Shown piece after piece: positions 51,157-64,000 of a DNA stretch of 64,000 bases (positions within the stretch are counted from its first letter, which is position 1; each line of letters begins with the position of its first letter). The stretch lies in contig CM097885.1 of the NCBI GenBank assembly GCA_044892525.1, positions 34,040,001 to 34,104,000 of the forward strand, written 5' to 3'. Origin of the DNA: Schmidtea polychroa (lineage: Eukaryota). The notes under the pieces were generated by a model that was not told where the DNA came from, searched no databases, and worked only from the letters and a program-made list of their open reading frames with translations. Both the position numbers and the translations under genes were made by a program.

Positions 51157-53174
51157 ATATAACATTAATTTTTTTATATAACTAATTCTTTTTTTTCTTT
51201 TAATTAACTTATTTAGACATTACATGTGTTTCAAAGGGAAATCGTCATAACCAAGACAAACGAATCTGATTACTTGTGGTAAAAACTTACTCCTTTCTCT
51301 CTTTAATTTCTTTTCTCATTTTAACCCGTTGTTTTCTTTTTTTTCGATCAGAAAGGCACTTTGACTGTTTTGTTTGGTTTTTATATAAGTCTCATCTTTT
51401 GTGGTTAAATTTAATTTGTTTTCAACAAGGAACCGATAATTGTTAGCAAAATTTAATTAACTAGACAGACTGATATTTCGCAAGTCAATCTCGGGGATTG
51501 AGTTATTAATTTAATTAATTTATTTTTCTCATTTAATTAATTAATGTTTATTTCTTAAATAACTTTGTCTAGGAATATCCAATCAATTTGATATTACTAT
51601 ATTCGTGTTCGTCTCGTCATTCAATTATATCCGTCCCCCGAAAAATATAATTTCTTGACATTTTTTATTTATTTTTCCACATTCATTAGTTCTTTTGAAT
51701 TTTTATTACATTATGCATTTTACTATTTTGCACACAGATTTCTGTGCATTAAAACCCCAACACATCACTCCAAATTAATTCGTCCTCGAATCATGTTTAA
51801 TTTGCAAAATATGAATTTATTGTTGATTAATTAATCTACACGTTGGAAATTAACATAATTATTATATTTTATAATTTGACATTAAAAAATAATCAAAATG
51901 TTCACTTAAGAAATTGTTTGTACTTTGTATTGAATAAATTGCACTACTTATTAAGTTCTGGTATATAATTACTTAAATATGTTTTGTTATAATTTACCTC
52001 TAAAATTTAGAGTCTAAATTAATAACTTTCGTGACCGATTGTTTGCATATCTATATATCATTTTCATTTTAGAAAAAATAATGAGAAAATAGGCATCTTC
52101 CTTTATTCTTCAATTCTTTTGACAATCGGGATCTCATCGACATCATATGGAGCGTCATTTGAAAATGCCAGTGAAAATCTATTGTTTGTAAATGTAAAGT
52201 TTTTATACCAGAATTAAATATATTTAATAATTTACAGTAAATTAGAGATTAATTTAACATGGAGGGTTTATAAAATAATGTTTATTAAAACAAAGTTAAT
52301 TTCATTACAAAATTTTCTTAAGATATTTAAAGTGTATGATGTGCAACATTTGTTGAAGATGGCCAATAATCCAGAGAAAATGTCAGGTTTACTTAGAGAA
52401 AATAAACCGTTATTCCAAACATACCATTTTCAAGTAAATAAAGATGCGTCATTCACTTGAAGTAAACTAAACTTACTTCAATCAAATTTGGTATTTAAAA
52501 TTAAGCTCAATATTTTCACTGTTTTCAATTCAATGGGTAAAATTTTGATTTAATTAAAACAAACCTGACTAGAATTACAAGAAATTATTAAAGATTTAAA
52601 AGTATTTTGAATTCACATAAATCAAAGTCTTTTTGAAAATTAAATTAGTATCGTAATTGTTTTAATATTTCAAGAATTTTAGCATAATAGTTTTTAAAAT
52701 TATAATAGATTCTATTTCGTTTGTCTCGCATTCTGAGATATCTAGTTTTTTACGTTTCACATATTTATCCATCCACAATAATAAATAAAATATTTAATAT
52801 TAGATATTACAGTAATTGCAAATTAATTTCAATAATTTGTTTTTCAGCTTTTTAAATGATTTATTAAAACGAAAATTTGCATTTAGTTTTAAAATTTCAG
52901 TATAATCATTAATAAATAAGGACAATAACAAAACAAATGATATTTAAGTATATTTAAAATACAAAAACATATATTTTTATTTCAGATAATTTATATTTGA
53001 TTCCAAAAGTAGAAATGCAAAACACCACATATAAACTAGACCATTTTCGATGTTGATAGACGTAAAATGTTTTAATATTAAATGCAATAAAAATCATTAA
53101 ATAACACAGACATACACAAAAATTGAATCAATAATGTGCATCTTATTATTTGTTTAAGAATATTTAAAATCGAT

Positions 53175-53239
53175 ACGGACCCTCAAAAAATCGCTCACGG
53201 ACCCCTTGGGGTCCGCGCACCCCAGTTTGAAAAGCCCTG
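53175..53239. mobile_element. Isolated hAT-type terminal fragment
   Basis: CGGACCC repeats ending in CAGTTTGAAAAGCCCTG; partner end not found. Confidence 0.55.
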
Positions 53240-53402
53240 TAATAGAATATATGTTAAATATGGTGACCCAACAATTGCACGCTGACAAATGCGCGCAATA
53301 AAAAAAGTTAAAAAAATACAATTCTAATCTACCATATTAATTTCAATAGTAACTGTTACTAATAAAATTGAAAAGCTGAATAATGGTAGTCTACATTTTT
53401 TA

Positions 53403-53660
53403 ATTAAATGCTAAGGTTGTGTGCGATTTCTCGGAGGTAGTATCCAACTAAAATTGTTCAATATGTTGGGATCAATCCTGCAGGCGTCGATTAAGGCGAA
53501 CATATTTCAACTTGGATGATTCTTGCTGTCTGATTCCTGAACGAAACATTTTGATCTTATATTCGTAGTGATCCTTTTCTTGATGGAATTGTTCAACCAG
53601 TTTGTAGACGGACGGGTGCTGGCAATCAACTGTCTGTTGTAAAGATCGGTGCCAGTCCTA
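53403..53660 (-). pseudogene. MULE transposase C-terminal relic
   Basis: WHRSLQQTVDCQHPSVYKLVEQF...YLREIAHNL resembles the MULE C-terminal pattern. Confidence 0.6.
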
Positions 53661-54479
53661 ATATTACTAATATTAATCAATTCCTTCAGTCAATAGTGAT
53701 CAGGTTATCTTCGCAGATTAATTATTTGAAAAATTTAACCGTTTAGGTTTTGCTTAATTTGTAAACTTCAATTGGCACGATTTTGTCGGCGCGCATTCTT
53801 TACTGCACTGTTAAATATATTTTATTTCTACATTTTGTATGTTACTTTATATACTTAACAGCATTGAAAGTAAAGTTATCCAGCGTCTTATGCATGTATT
53901 TTTCTCTATGCATGTATTTTGTGAAATGGATTTCTTACAATTAATAAAATTATGAGAAATACAGATAAAACAGGTGATTATTTTTAAAAAGATTATGTAT
54001 GTGTTGTATTTTATGTCATATTAACATTACACACAAAAAATAGTAAAAAAAGTAAATAATTTAATATGAAAAATTTTATTAAAAAATATTAAAAAAATAA
54101 TGAGATCCTTGAGCCTCATGTGATTGCGTCAATTCAATATATTATGTTCAATTTTAGCTAAATACAATATTTTAGGGTTCGACGAGAGAGGCACAAGAAC
54201 GATGTGAAAATCAATAAAAACATACAATTCACAATAATCATTTAAATTACAAAAATATTAATTAAAAATCAACAAAATTAGAAAGGAATATTTTCCGGGG
54301 AAACTGGTATGGGCGGACGCCGAATAGTGAAACGAGTTCAAATATATTAAAAATAAAGTCAATCAGGTTATTAGAAGGATATATAATTACAAAAACTAAA
54401 ATTAATGAAAAAATTAATTATCTAATGGAAAACCCGAGTAATGTGAGAGTAGAGAACCCAAAAAGCACCATAATCAAAA

Positions 54480-55860
54480 AAGACTGAATATTATTTTGGC
54501 TTCAGTCATCATGTACTGCTCATTCAAATTTTGACTAACACTTTCAACGTCTGATAAAAATGGATTAATTAACCAAGCTAGTATTACGAGTTTCTGCAAG
54601 TCTGAATCTTATTATCATATCTTCGGTAAGAATGTCAATGTGGCTACAATATATTTCCAAATCAGAATCCTTGAACATGTCTTCTGTTAAATTGTTGTAA
54701 AGAAAAAAACTGATGGCATTCTTGTCAGCAAAGATTATTTTTACAAAATTTGAGTTTGGCGATAAAGCTCAGTGCAACTCATTTGGCTTTAATAGGTCAA
54801 ATATTGTTTCTTTGAAGTTTCAGGAGATTTTCATTAATCTATTCGAATAAATGAGAAAAATAGGACAAATCACTTCGTAATCATTTTAATTCAAAGCACG
54901 TGTTTCATTGTTTTCATATAAAAACTCAACAATTGTATCAAATAGTGTATAAAATCTTTTTAAACAATCTTCTTTCGACAGCCATCTTACTTCTGTATGT
55001 AAGATAAGTTTTTCCAATTTTTCATTATTTTCTTTTCACAGTTAATGGAATGCATTATCATTCAAGGTATGGGACTTTATTTTATTGATCACATTTATAA
55101 CTATACTCATCGATATGTGAAGTCTTCCGCTAAGATGTGTTTCGACTAAATGTTGACGGTGAATGATGCAGTGAATTATTAGAACATTTGGTGGCACATT
55201 TTTCAATCTTGATACAAAACCACGATGATGACCAACCATAGCAATGCTCCATAGTTAGCACAAGCAATCAAATTAGTAAATGGAATATTTTTTTCGGCGA
55301 AAAAATTTTCAAGCGTTTCAAATATTGATTCAACAATCGTGTTAGTAATAAATAATTTTGCAATTAAAGTTTCTTCGAAGATTTTTTCATTCTTCACAAT
55401 CCTACGTAAGCAAGTAGTTGAGATTCATTATCATGCATTATTATTGTCATTCATTATCTATTGTAATGAGAATTCATTACATAGTTAAATTTTGATGTCA
55501 CTTGCCATTTCATCAATTCATTTTGAAACTTTATCATTGTTCAATGGAGCTGAAGAAAGAATCTCTTCCTGGTTTTGCCCTATCATATAATTAATGAATA
55601 AACAATTAGCTGATAGTATTACATTTTCTCCGGAGATATGTGGTGCACTACATTCCGACTTGAAATGTTTTCTTAAGTTCTTAAAATTGCAATATGTCTT
55701 TATTATTTTTGTTGGGTTGTTTCTTTAAAAAATGTTCATTTCGTTAGTAAATACATATCGACAGAGTAAATACATTAGTAATTGTTGATTTTGTATGAGA
55801 TGGAATAAAACCAGATTTTAAATAGTCAATAGAAAATTGTCAACACCTTTTCTGTTAACT
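54480..55860 (-). pseudogene. hAT Buster/Charlie (ZBED5/SCAND3-like) transposase relic
   Basis: IACANYGA, MVGHHRGFVSRLK, HCIIHRQHL, LHTEVRWLSK; heavily disrupted. Confidence 0.85.
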
Positions 55861-57502
55861 GACCTCTTAAAATAAGGGTCAATTTATGAACAATTTTTAT
55901 TCAGAAGAACTCAGATACACTAACAATGAAAAATGAACATAACCATCTCCACGGACTTTCAACCATGATTGATGTGCATTACACAAAAAATCCGCTTTTC
56001 ACAACACAACGCCGTGATATAGAAAATAAGATATGCGCATCTTTCTTTCATGTGACTCTGCTAACTGTCAGACCAAACGTGGTAACCCGATCATATGCAC
56101 AATTAGTTATCCTTTCGCACTCCGTTGGCGAATATATGTCCCTACTATTTATAAGCTATAAAACTTATAAAGTCATCGATTGTTGTTATTTTTATTTAAA
56201 TCAATTAATTTACTAATATATATGGTGTTTTGAATGTACATTTGGATGATAACATTTTTATTTTTAAATTAATATCAAAAATGTATGCTGGAGTTACAAG
56301 TATGTCATACAAAATAAATTCGAGAGTTTAAAGGGTTAATGTGGTGTTGCGTGCAGTGTACGCATCAATTGAACCTACCTTGTTTTTCTATATGGACACA
56401 ACGCCCACTCGAAAATAAATTTGAGGTATGTAAAAATAAAACTTTAACCCTAACGTCTAACCATGGTTTACACATGTTGTGATTAACAAACATAGTTTTG
56501 AAACTTTTACGAAAGCCCCGTCCTTATTGATATCAAAGTTTCATTTCAAAAAGTTTACTCAAAACATTATTAAGACTGCTTGGTTTGTAAAACTGAAATT
56601 ATTTTAAAAATAAAATTGATTTGAAACCTAATAAAATTTAGATGCGGCAATATGATGTGAAATATGATGGAAAGAGAGTTAATGAAAAGTTCATAATTAA
56701 AAATTACAAGCGTAGAATTGCAAGTTTGTAGAAAATTTTTCGAATTTGAAACTGAAAACGGGTCAGAGATAGAAGTAATTGGGAACAATGTGCTAATAAT
56801 AGTTCGATCTAACAAAGCACAAAAAAATTACTAATTAATTAATTGGAAAAGCCTGATTAGTAATCAAGCAAGAAAGTAAACCAACTGAATTTTCGAGAGC
56901 CATTTCCATGCAACATGATGGTAATTAGTAAACCAATTGTAAAAAATCAGAATTACCTTTAATTACGTTTATTAAATAATAGCCAAATTTTTGTTATGAG
57001 AAATTTATTAAAGTAAATATTTTTAGAGATTATTTTGATTATAAAAAAAGAAGTAGAATCAGAAATCGGCTATCTGTCTGTTATCAGATTCAATTTTATT
57101 TATAAGACATGCTAAAAAGTATAATTTAAACAACAACTGTCAAATAAGTACATATATAGAATATAATTAAATATAAATAATATTCTGAATAATGTCATCA
57201 TTCAATTTCAACATTCCATAAACATATAAATATTTATAAATATATCTTAGTCTTGGGTAGGAGAGTCAATGAGTCAAGGAGATAGGTTATTAAAAACGGA
57301 TATTATTTCTAACTGTGGAGAGTTGAGCAGCTCAATTAAACCTTTTACTTTATTCATTTATTGTAATAATTCAATTGTACATATTCACAGATTGTAATAA
57401 TGGAACATTAATGTACTTTGAGAGTTTTGTTCTTTTGTTGAATTAAAAGAGCACAAGGAATCAATAGCAAACCGAGTACAATTACTTGATTAAAATCTCA
57501 AT

Positions 57503-59150
57503 CAGGGTTGGGGAGCTTGAGTAATATTGACGGAGCTCCAGCATCGACTCCGGAGCCAATTTTTTTAATGAAATCTGTGGCTCCGGCTCCGGCTCCTTAA
57601 ATATGAATTCAATTTTGGGCTTTTTATTTATTTCCAGAAAACATCTTAACCCAAATAATCAAACCTAGAACTTAAATTTATAAAAATTAAGTAATTCACA
57701 GTAATTTTTTAGAGTAAATTCATAGTATTCTTACATATAATATTAAATAACTTATTAATAAAAATATTGAGATAATATGATAAATAATAACAATTTAAAA
57801 TCAAAATTGAAAATGAATTCGTTCTTTAGAACAATATAGCTTCAGTCAAGTCATCCTTCATTGATACTCGAAGGTCCAAACGTATGATGCGAAGGACAGA
57901 AAATAAACGTTCTACACTAACTTGGGTTGTAGGCAATGTATTTACCGCATAGGCCACTTTTTGTATTATTTTTGGGTAACGCGGTATAGCCTCTATTACG
58001 TTTATTTTAGATTACCAATCTTTTTTTTCTACCTCATTCAAAGCACTAGAGAAATCAAGTTTAAATTTAGAGATTAGAGATATTGCTATATTCTCATTTT
58101 CTGTATCAATTCGGTGACGTTTAGCTTGTTCAAATCAAGACTCTTTTCAAAAGCTGCGTTATCGTTATCAGCTTCATCTTCAGAAGCGGAATTAATTAAA
58201 ATCTGACTCGCTATTGTAATGAGTGATTCATCTTGTTCATCTACATCTAATGTAATTTCTTCCCGTTCCTAACTGCTGTATTAATTAATGTTGCCTTTCC
58301 TTTTTTAAGTTGCTCCTCGCTTAAAGTAATGCGGTACATTGGGTCAACATATATTGTTACCAATATTACATTGTTATCAAGCAATTTAATCTCCCTATTT
58401 TGCATAGATGTTTGAATTTATTTTGCAATGGAACTCCTATTTTGGACAATTTAAAAATAATCGTTTTCCATTCCTAATAAAATGTGCCAAAGGTCAAATC
58501 CGTTACTTGCAATCTCTTGGTAACTTAGTATGGGAGACGAAGAACTAATTCACTTTCCGTTACTGTATTCCATTGTTCTTCTGTCAGAGTTATATTTAGA
58601 TGAGCCATATCAATTAGAACGTCTTTCAATTCAAGCAGACGCAGAATCATTAAGTAAGTACTACCTCATCTAGTTTCTTGGTCGATTATTGCACATTTTC
58701 CTGCTCGACACTTTAATATTACATTAATTTTAGGTGTTCTTGCAACAATTACAATTTGGCGTAACTTTAATATTAATGCATGTGTATATCTTAATTACAA
58801 TCCATCACGAACAGCAAGCTGTAATGTAAAAAAAAAGTTTTATTATTAATTACAACTGTCTTTTTGAAGGCCTAAGTGGAGAAGATCACCCATCATTCAC
58901 TAAGACTTTTTTTCTGCAATCTTCAGGTTGGAGTACTTGGAGTGCTCACAACAAACATTTATTGACTTTCACAGAGCCACTATTATAAAACTTATGCTTT
59001 GAGTAGATATGGTAATGCTTTGTATTTCGTATAAATACAAAGGGTATTCTGATTGGTCTTCTTTGTAAATTCTTTCTTCTGTTATGGCTTAGTTGATATC
59101 CAATTCCTTATCTATCTCAATATTTTCAGATATCTTGAGGCTGAGTTGAT
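57503..59150 (-). mobile_element. Decayed hAT element with one end and transposase relic
   Basis: End CAGGGTTGGGGAG with GGCTCC repeats; minus strand LPTTQVSVERLFSVL, IDQETR*GSTY, TLQLAVRD. Confidence 0.8.
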
Positions 59151-59219
59151 ATCTAGTTAATTAAGTAAGAATTAAGTAGCAAGGGTCATCACAGTATATT
59201 AGATTATGCAAACAGCAGG

Positions 59220-60100
59220 CGGAGTAGGTAAAAAGGTGTAGAAATAATGGTATTATTAAGGTTAAGGTGTAGTTTCAGCGTGATGCAGCCAGGATGGTTC
59301 TGAATGGTAGAGAGTAGTATAAGATCGGGTATATGTGGATATCAGATACTTATGCCTAACAAGTCAAATATACTTATGTTAGCACAGATTAACAAACATT
59401 AATGAGGTATAAGGGTAGGTAAAAAGGTGTCAAAATAATGGTGTTATGAAAGGTAAGGAGTTTCAATATGATTAGTATGTGTTAATGTGATGAATAGGGG
59501 TAGTTTAATGAGTAGAAGACGCATTAAGTAGCGGAGTGGAGTAGCAGTAGAAAGGGCGAGGATAGTAATGAATGGTAGAGAGTAGTATAAGATCGATTAT
59601 ATGTGGATATCAAATACTTATGCCCAATAAGTCAAATACGATCAAACAGACAACATACATTCATATAGACATAGTTATGTTAACACAGACTAAAAAAAAC
59701 AAACATTAACAAGATGAGGGGTATAAGGGTAGGTAAAAATGTGTCAAAATAAAGGTATTATGAGAGGTAAGGTGTAGTTTCAATATGATTAGTAAGTGTT
59801 TATGTGATGAGTAGAGGTAGGTTAATAAGTAGAAGGAGCGAAATATGAAGGATAGAGCAGTACGAGCGGAGTGGAGTAGCAGTGTAAAGGGTAAGGATAG
59901 CTGGTAAAGAGTATGGAGCAGTAGTAGATTAAAGATCATCAGAAAATGTATGATTCCCAGAAAATAATAATAATATCACCAAAATTATTATGGAGTATAG
60001 GAGCAAGTCAAATACATTCAATAAGCACCATACATCCATACAGACACACATATGTTCACACAGACTAAAAACAAAACATAGACAAAACAAGACACTCCAA
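59220..60100 (+). repeat. Three degenerate long direct repeats of unequal length
   Basis: GTAGGTAAAAA(G/T)GTGT at ~59224, ~59415 and ~59729; AATGGTAGAGAGTAGTATAAGATCG at ~59303 and ~59571. Confidence 0.75.
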
Positions 60101-62311
60101 AAATATAGCCATTCGGCTGTGCGGCATCTGAGGTATCTATCCATTCTAGTCTGACTGCCGGTATTGGATGCTGGGCATATTGACAATAATTTTCAGGTTC
60201 CAAGATATCCGGGGCTATCTGGCTTCTATATATATAATACTGATTTATTATTTTTTAAATAAATTTGTTGGTTCATAGATACGTCATGAAATATAGGTAA
60301 ATATTAATTATTCTCCTCTACCGACTCCCTCATTTCGCAAATTAGGTATACTTATTTTTACGGCTACTTTTACCCGTAGATCTAGTGTTAAGTGAAAAAT
60401 CAACATATAGATGAATTGTGTCAATAATAATTTTAATTATTGGCGTTATTAAAAGTTAAATAATTTGTTGACAGCCCCCCTCTAAGTTTTTCTCAGAGTG
60501 TTTAAATTTGCATATTAAATATTAAAAAATTTTTAATTTTTTAAAATTATTATGAAACATACAAATTAAAATAATATTTAAATTAAGGTATATTATAGCA
60601 TAATGTTTATCAGTTCGTCATTAATTATGATCGGAATGTGGATATACATCTATAGAAACCGATTTCAAACTTCTGAAGCAGCCGAGAAAGGTACACATGC
60701 AAATTACAAACTTGTTCTCTCTCAGAAAGGTGAAAAAGTAAACCTGTATCTGAGGTTAGGAATAATAAGTATGTATATATTCTAAGGTAAATTTTAAGAT
60801 AAATCAATAAATCAATATTAGAAATTAAATAAATACTATTAAAATATTTTATTTTTGCACATTTGATTTACAATTTAGGATAGTTTGTATTCATTCATTT
60901 AGATTTAGATCAGTGGATTTTCTATTTAACAATTACCTGCAATTTAAAAATGATATATTAAATAAAATAGTAAAATAAAGCATTTTAATTTTTTAAATAA
61001 ACTAACAAATTATTGAGAGTAAATATTTAAGGAAATTTTAACATTTAAATTAATTTAAATTAATTTAGTTCTTAAAATTTAAATACTAATTTTTGTAAAA
61101 TAAAATGTTTCATAATCAAATGATAATAAATATTTTCAATTTATTAATATTTTTATTTATCTAAACATATAAACAAAATAATAAATTTAATTCTGATATT
61201 ATGATATACATTTTAAATAAGTACACAAAAAACTTTGAATATTTAAACACAACCATCTAACTAACTTTCCAACTTAATAAGTTACTCAAAAAATTGTAAT
61301 TTTCATTTGTATAGCAAATTTTCAATTTACAACTGTTGGAGTTAGCGCAAAAACCAAAAATTTATATATAAAAAAAAGCAAAACAAATAATGTTAAAATC
61401 AATAAAAGTGCAAAATTAATTAAAATTTACTAAAAATAAAAAATCAATATTAAACGGGGGTATCGGGTATGGTTGAACGCCAAATTGATAGACGAGTTCA
61501 GAAATTATAATAAAAATTTAATAAGGTGTTCACAGGGAAAGTTAACGCGAAAAAAACAAATCAATTCAAATTAATTAATCTGTAATGGACAACCCGAGTC
61601 AATGGGAAGCCCGAGACCATGGGAAACCCGAGCGCCATAAGAAACCCGATTCGCAGTGAGACCCAAGAAGTGAGATAAAAATTGGAATATTTTGAGCTCT
61701 AATCAAGGGTAAACAAATTAGAAACCCAAAAATATTGATTTAGGATAATTTAGCTCAATTTTCTATATAATTTACCTCTTATGAAAAGTATAAAAAGAGA
61801 ACTCAGAAGTGAACAGAAGTGAAGAAAAAAACTCGAAAGTTATTTGGTATCACAGCGCCCCACAGCATTTAGAGCCCCAAGCAATAGCCTGTACTGTTTT
61901 CTACTTGTCCCGTCCCTGGAAACACTTGACTACACTGTGATCATGCAACCAACCACAAGTAAGGGTTCAATATAAATTTAACAGTTAAAACTTAAGAGTC
62001 AGACAGTCAATGCCTATAGGTTAAGTTTGTTTGGACTAAGTACGGTATTGTGTAGCGAATAAAAATGTTTCCGTAATAAAATCATATTCAACATATATTA
62101 TTGTCCATAAAAAAATATATGAAAATAAAATGTAAGTATTTTTAATTCAGTAATTAGTGTTTCATGTAATAAATAGACTCATTGCTGTGATGAATAAATG
62201 GTTGAAAAACAAACTATTAGAAATGAAAAGTAAAATGAAAAAGAAGGATTTGCACTAGCAAAAATAAATAATAAGAGAAAATTTGATGAGAACAAGTTTT
62301 CAGACATCATA

Positions 62312-62940
62312 ATGAGCAAAAGAAAATATAATTCTGAATATTTAAAATTTGGATTTACTTGATGAAGACGATTCGCGTACACTGTGTTTTATTTGCCGAG
62401 AAATCTTTGCTGATGAAAGTATAATAACTAAATATTTACTACAACATTTGAAAATGAAACATCCTGATTTAAAAGGAAGCTGATCGATTATCTTAAAATC
62501 GAAATACAAGAATTAAATAATTTCAAACATCTACTTTCCACCTCACCTGCATTAATGAGAAGGTCTCACTGCGAAGTGCACAATCTCGAACCGCGCACAA
62601 TTGAGGAGTAAATAATACTTCTAGTGATAAAATGAGCTGTTAGAGTTAGATTTGGATATAAGAGCCGAAATGAAATTGAATCCAGTCCTCTTTAGATTAA
62701 CAGTTTTGTTGATAGAATCGATGAAACATCCGAATGGATTGAAAATGTCTTGTTTATGAAATTCAGGTTAGTGGATATTTTGCACTGCAGCCGGATGGAT
62801 CAATAAATATACATAGCTTGTTCCAGCCAATATGTTTCATTTGTTTTATAGGGGAAACAAACTTCTTGAAGATATTTTATTTTTAAAAAACAATCAATCG
62901 AAGAAGTGATGAAACATTTTTCGACAAGTTTATCATTTAT
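62312..62940 (+). pseudogene. hAT Buster-type transposase N-terminal relic
   Basis: MSKRKYNSEYLKFGFT, CREIFADES, HLKMKHPD, ALQPDGS; many lesions. Confidence 0.72.
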
Positions 62941-64000
62941 ATAACATTAAAAAACTGGAACTAAATTACATTCAGAATAAATTACACGAAGAATGAGTTT
63001 ACTCGAAATAAGCACAAATTGAAAGTTGCGCAAGCTGTTAATTTTTATTTATATTGGTATTTTATTTATATTTATATTTTATGATTCAAAATGCATGCAA
63101 ACTTTGGGATATAAAAGTTGTCTATGCGGTGAATTTTTTAACTTTTGACGTCGTCCTTAAATATGAATTACCTTGTAGTACACGTAATTGAAGGTTCTTA
63201 ATTTACCTTAATTTACATTTACCTTCATTTCAATTAAAGGTCAATATTTTATCTATTGAACACAATTTATATTTTATATTTTATTATATTTATATTTTAT
63301 TATATTTTATAAGTAATATTTAACACTTTAAATATAGTATTGCAGAAAATTTGTGTTCAAAAGAAAAAAAATATTGTTGAACATCAAAATGAAAATAAAT
63401 CACATTTTAAAAGGAAAAAATAAATCAGATTGAACAAAAAAATTATTTATTTTATTTATAAAAAAGTTCATTGGTATAAATTATTTTAAAGTAAAAATAA
63501 ACAAGTAAATTTATATAAAATTATTTCTTTAAATGCTTGCATATTAAAATGTTTTATATTCTCATAACTTTGATTTAGTATTTGGACTCTCGAGTCTGGT
63601 ATACATCGGAATGAAAAGAGGTATGAAATTCCGGGAAAGCAATTCCAAAGCGAGTATAACAGTTTACGGTGTTATTCAAGGATTCTTCATTATTATTCAA
63701 ACAAGTTTTATTTTGTTTAATCACCGGGTAAGTAATTTAATTTATACTGAAAAAGAAAATACAAAATATTTAAATTTCTATATTTAAAAGTTCTCGACAA
63801 TTCAAGGTTATCTCAAAATAAGGGGTACTTTCCAGGAAAATAGGGAATGGGATTTAGTATAGTAAAGTATTAGGTACTTCCGTGTTATCTTACCCCCAAA
63901 AATTAAATTATAAAATACAATTAAAATAACAATATAAAAAATCAGAGAATACATTTTTGATGACGTTATTGAACATGAATTTATTAAGGCTATCTGTGAT

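Overview
Very AT-rich eukaryotic DNA, probably invertebrate (a planarian-type genome is plausible but unverified), made up mostly of transposons and microsatellites. The standout is an 11.8-kb element (3774-15555) that is almost entirely one palindrome: two arms of about 5.6 and 5.9 kb around a spacer of under 200 bp. It has AGTAGTAG...CTACTACT termini and an exact 6-bp target duplication (ATATTG), which are Polinton/Maverick hallmarks, but no recognisable Polinton gene. It is inserted near the 5' end of a MULE-SWIM transposase gene, and removing it restores that reading frame. The MULE itself sits in a (TA)n tract. The only clear host gene is a single-exon NPY/NPF-receptor-like GPCR (22518-23834, minus), with an apparently young hAT carrying an uninterrupted transposase inserted 186 bp upstream. 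Also present: a Merlin element, two pogo/Tigger elements, a DD34E element whose TIR motif expanded into a 16-copy array, a histone H2A sequence between direct repeats inside a non-autonomous hAT, Gypsy fragments and solo LTRs, a Penelope RT fragment with a hammerhead ribozyme, and several decayed hAT and MULE relics. All calls are by eye; no database search was run.
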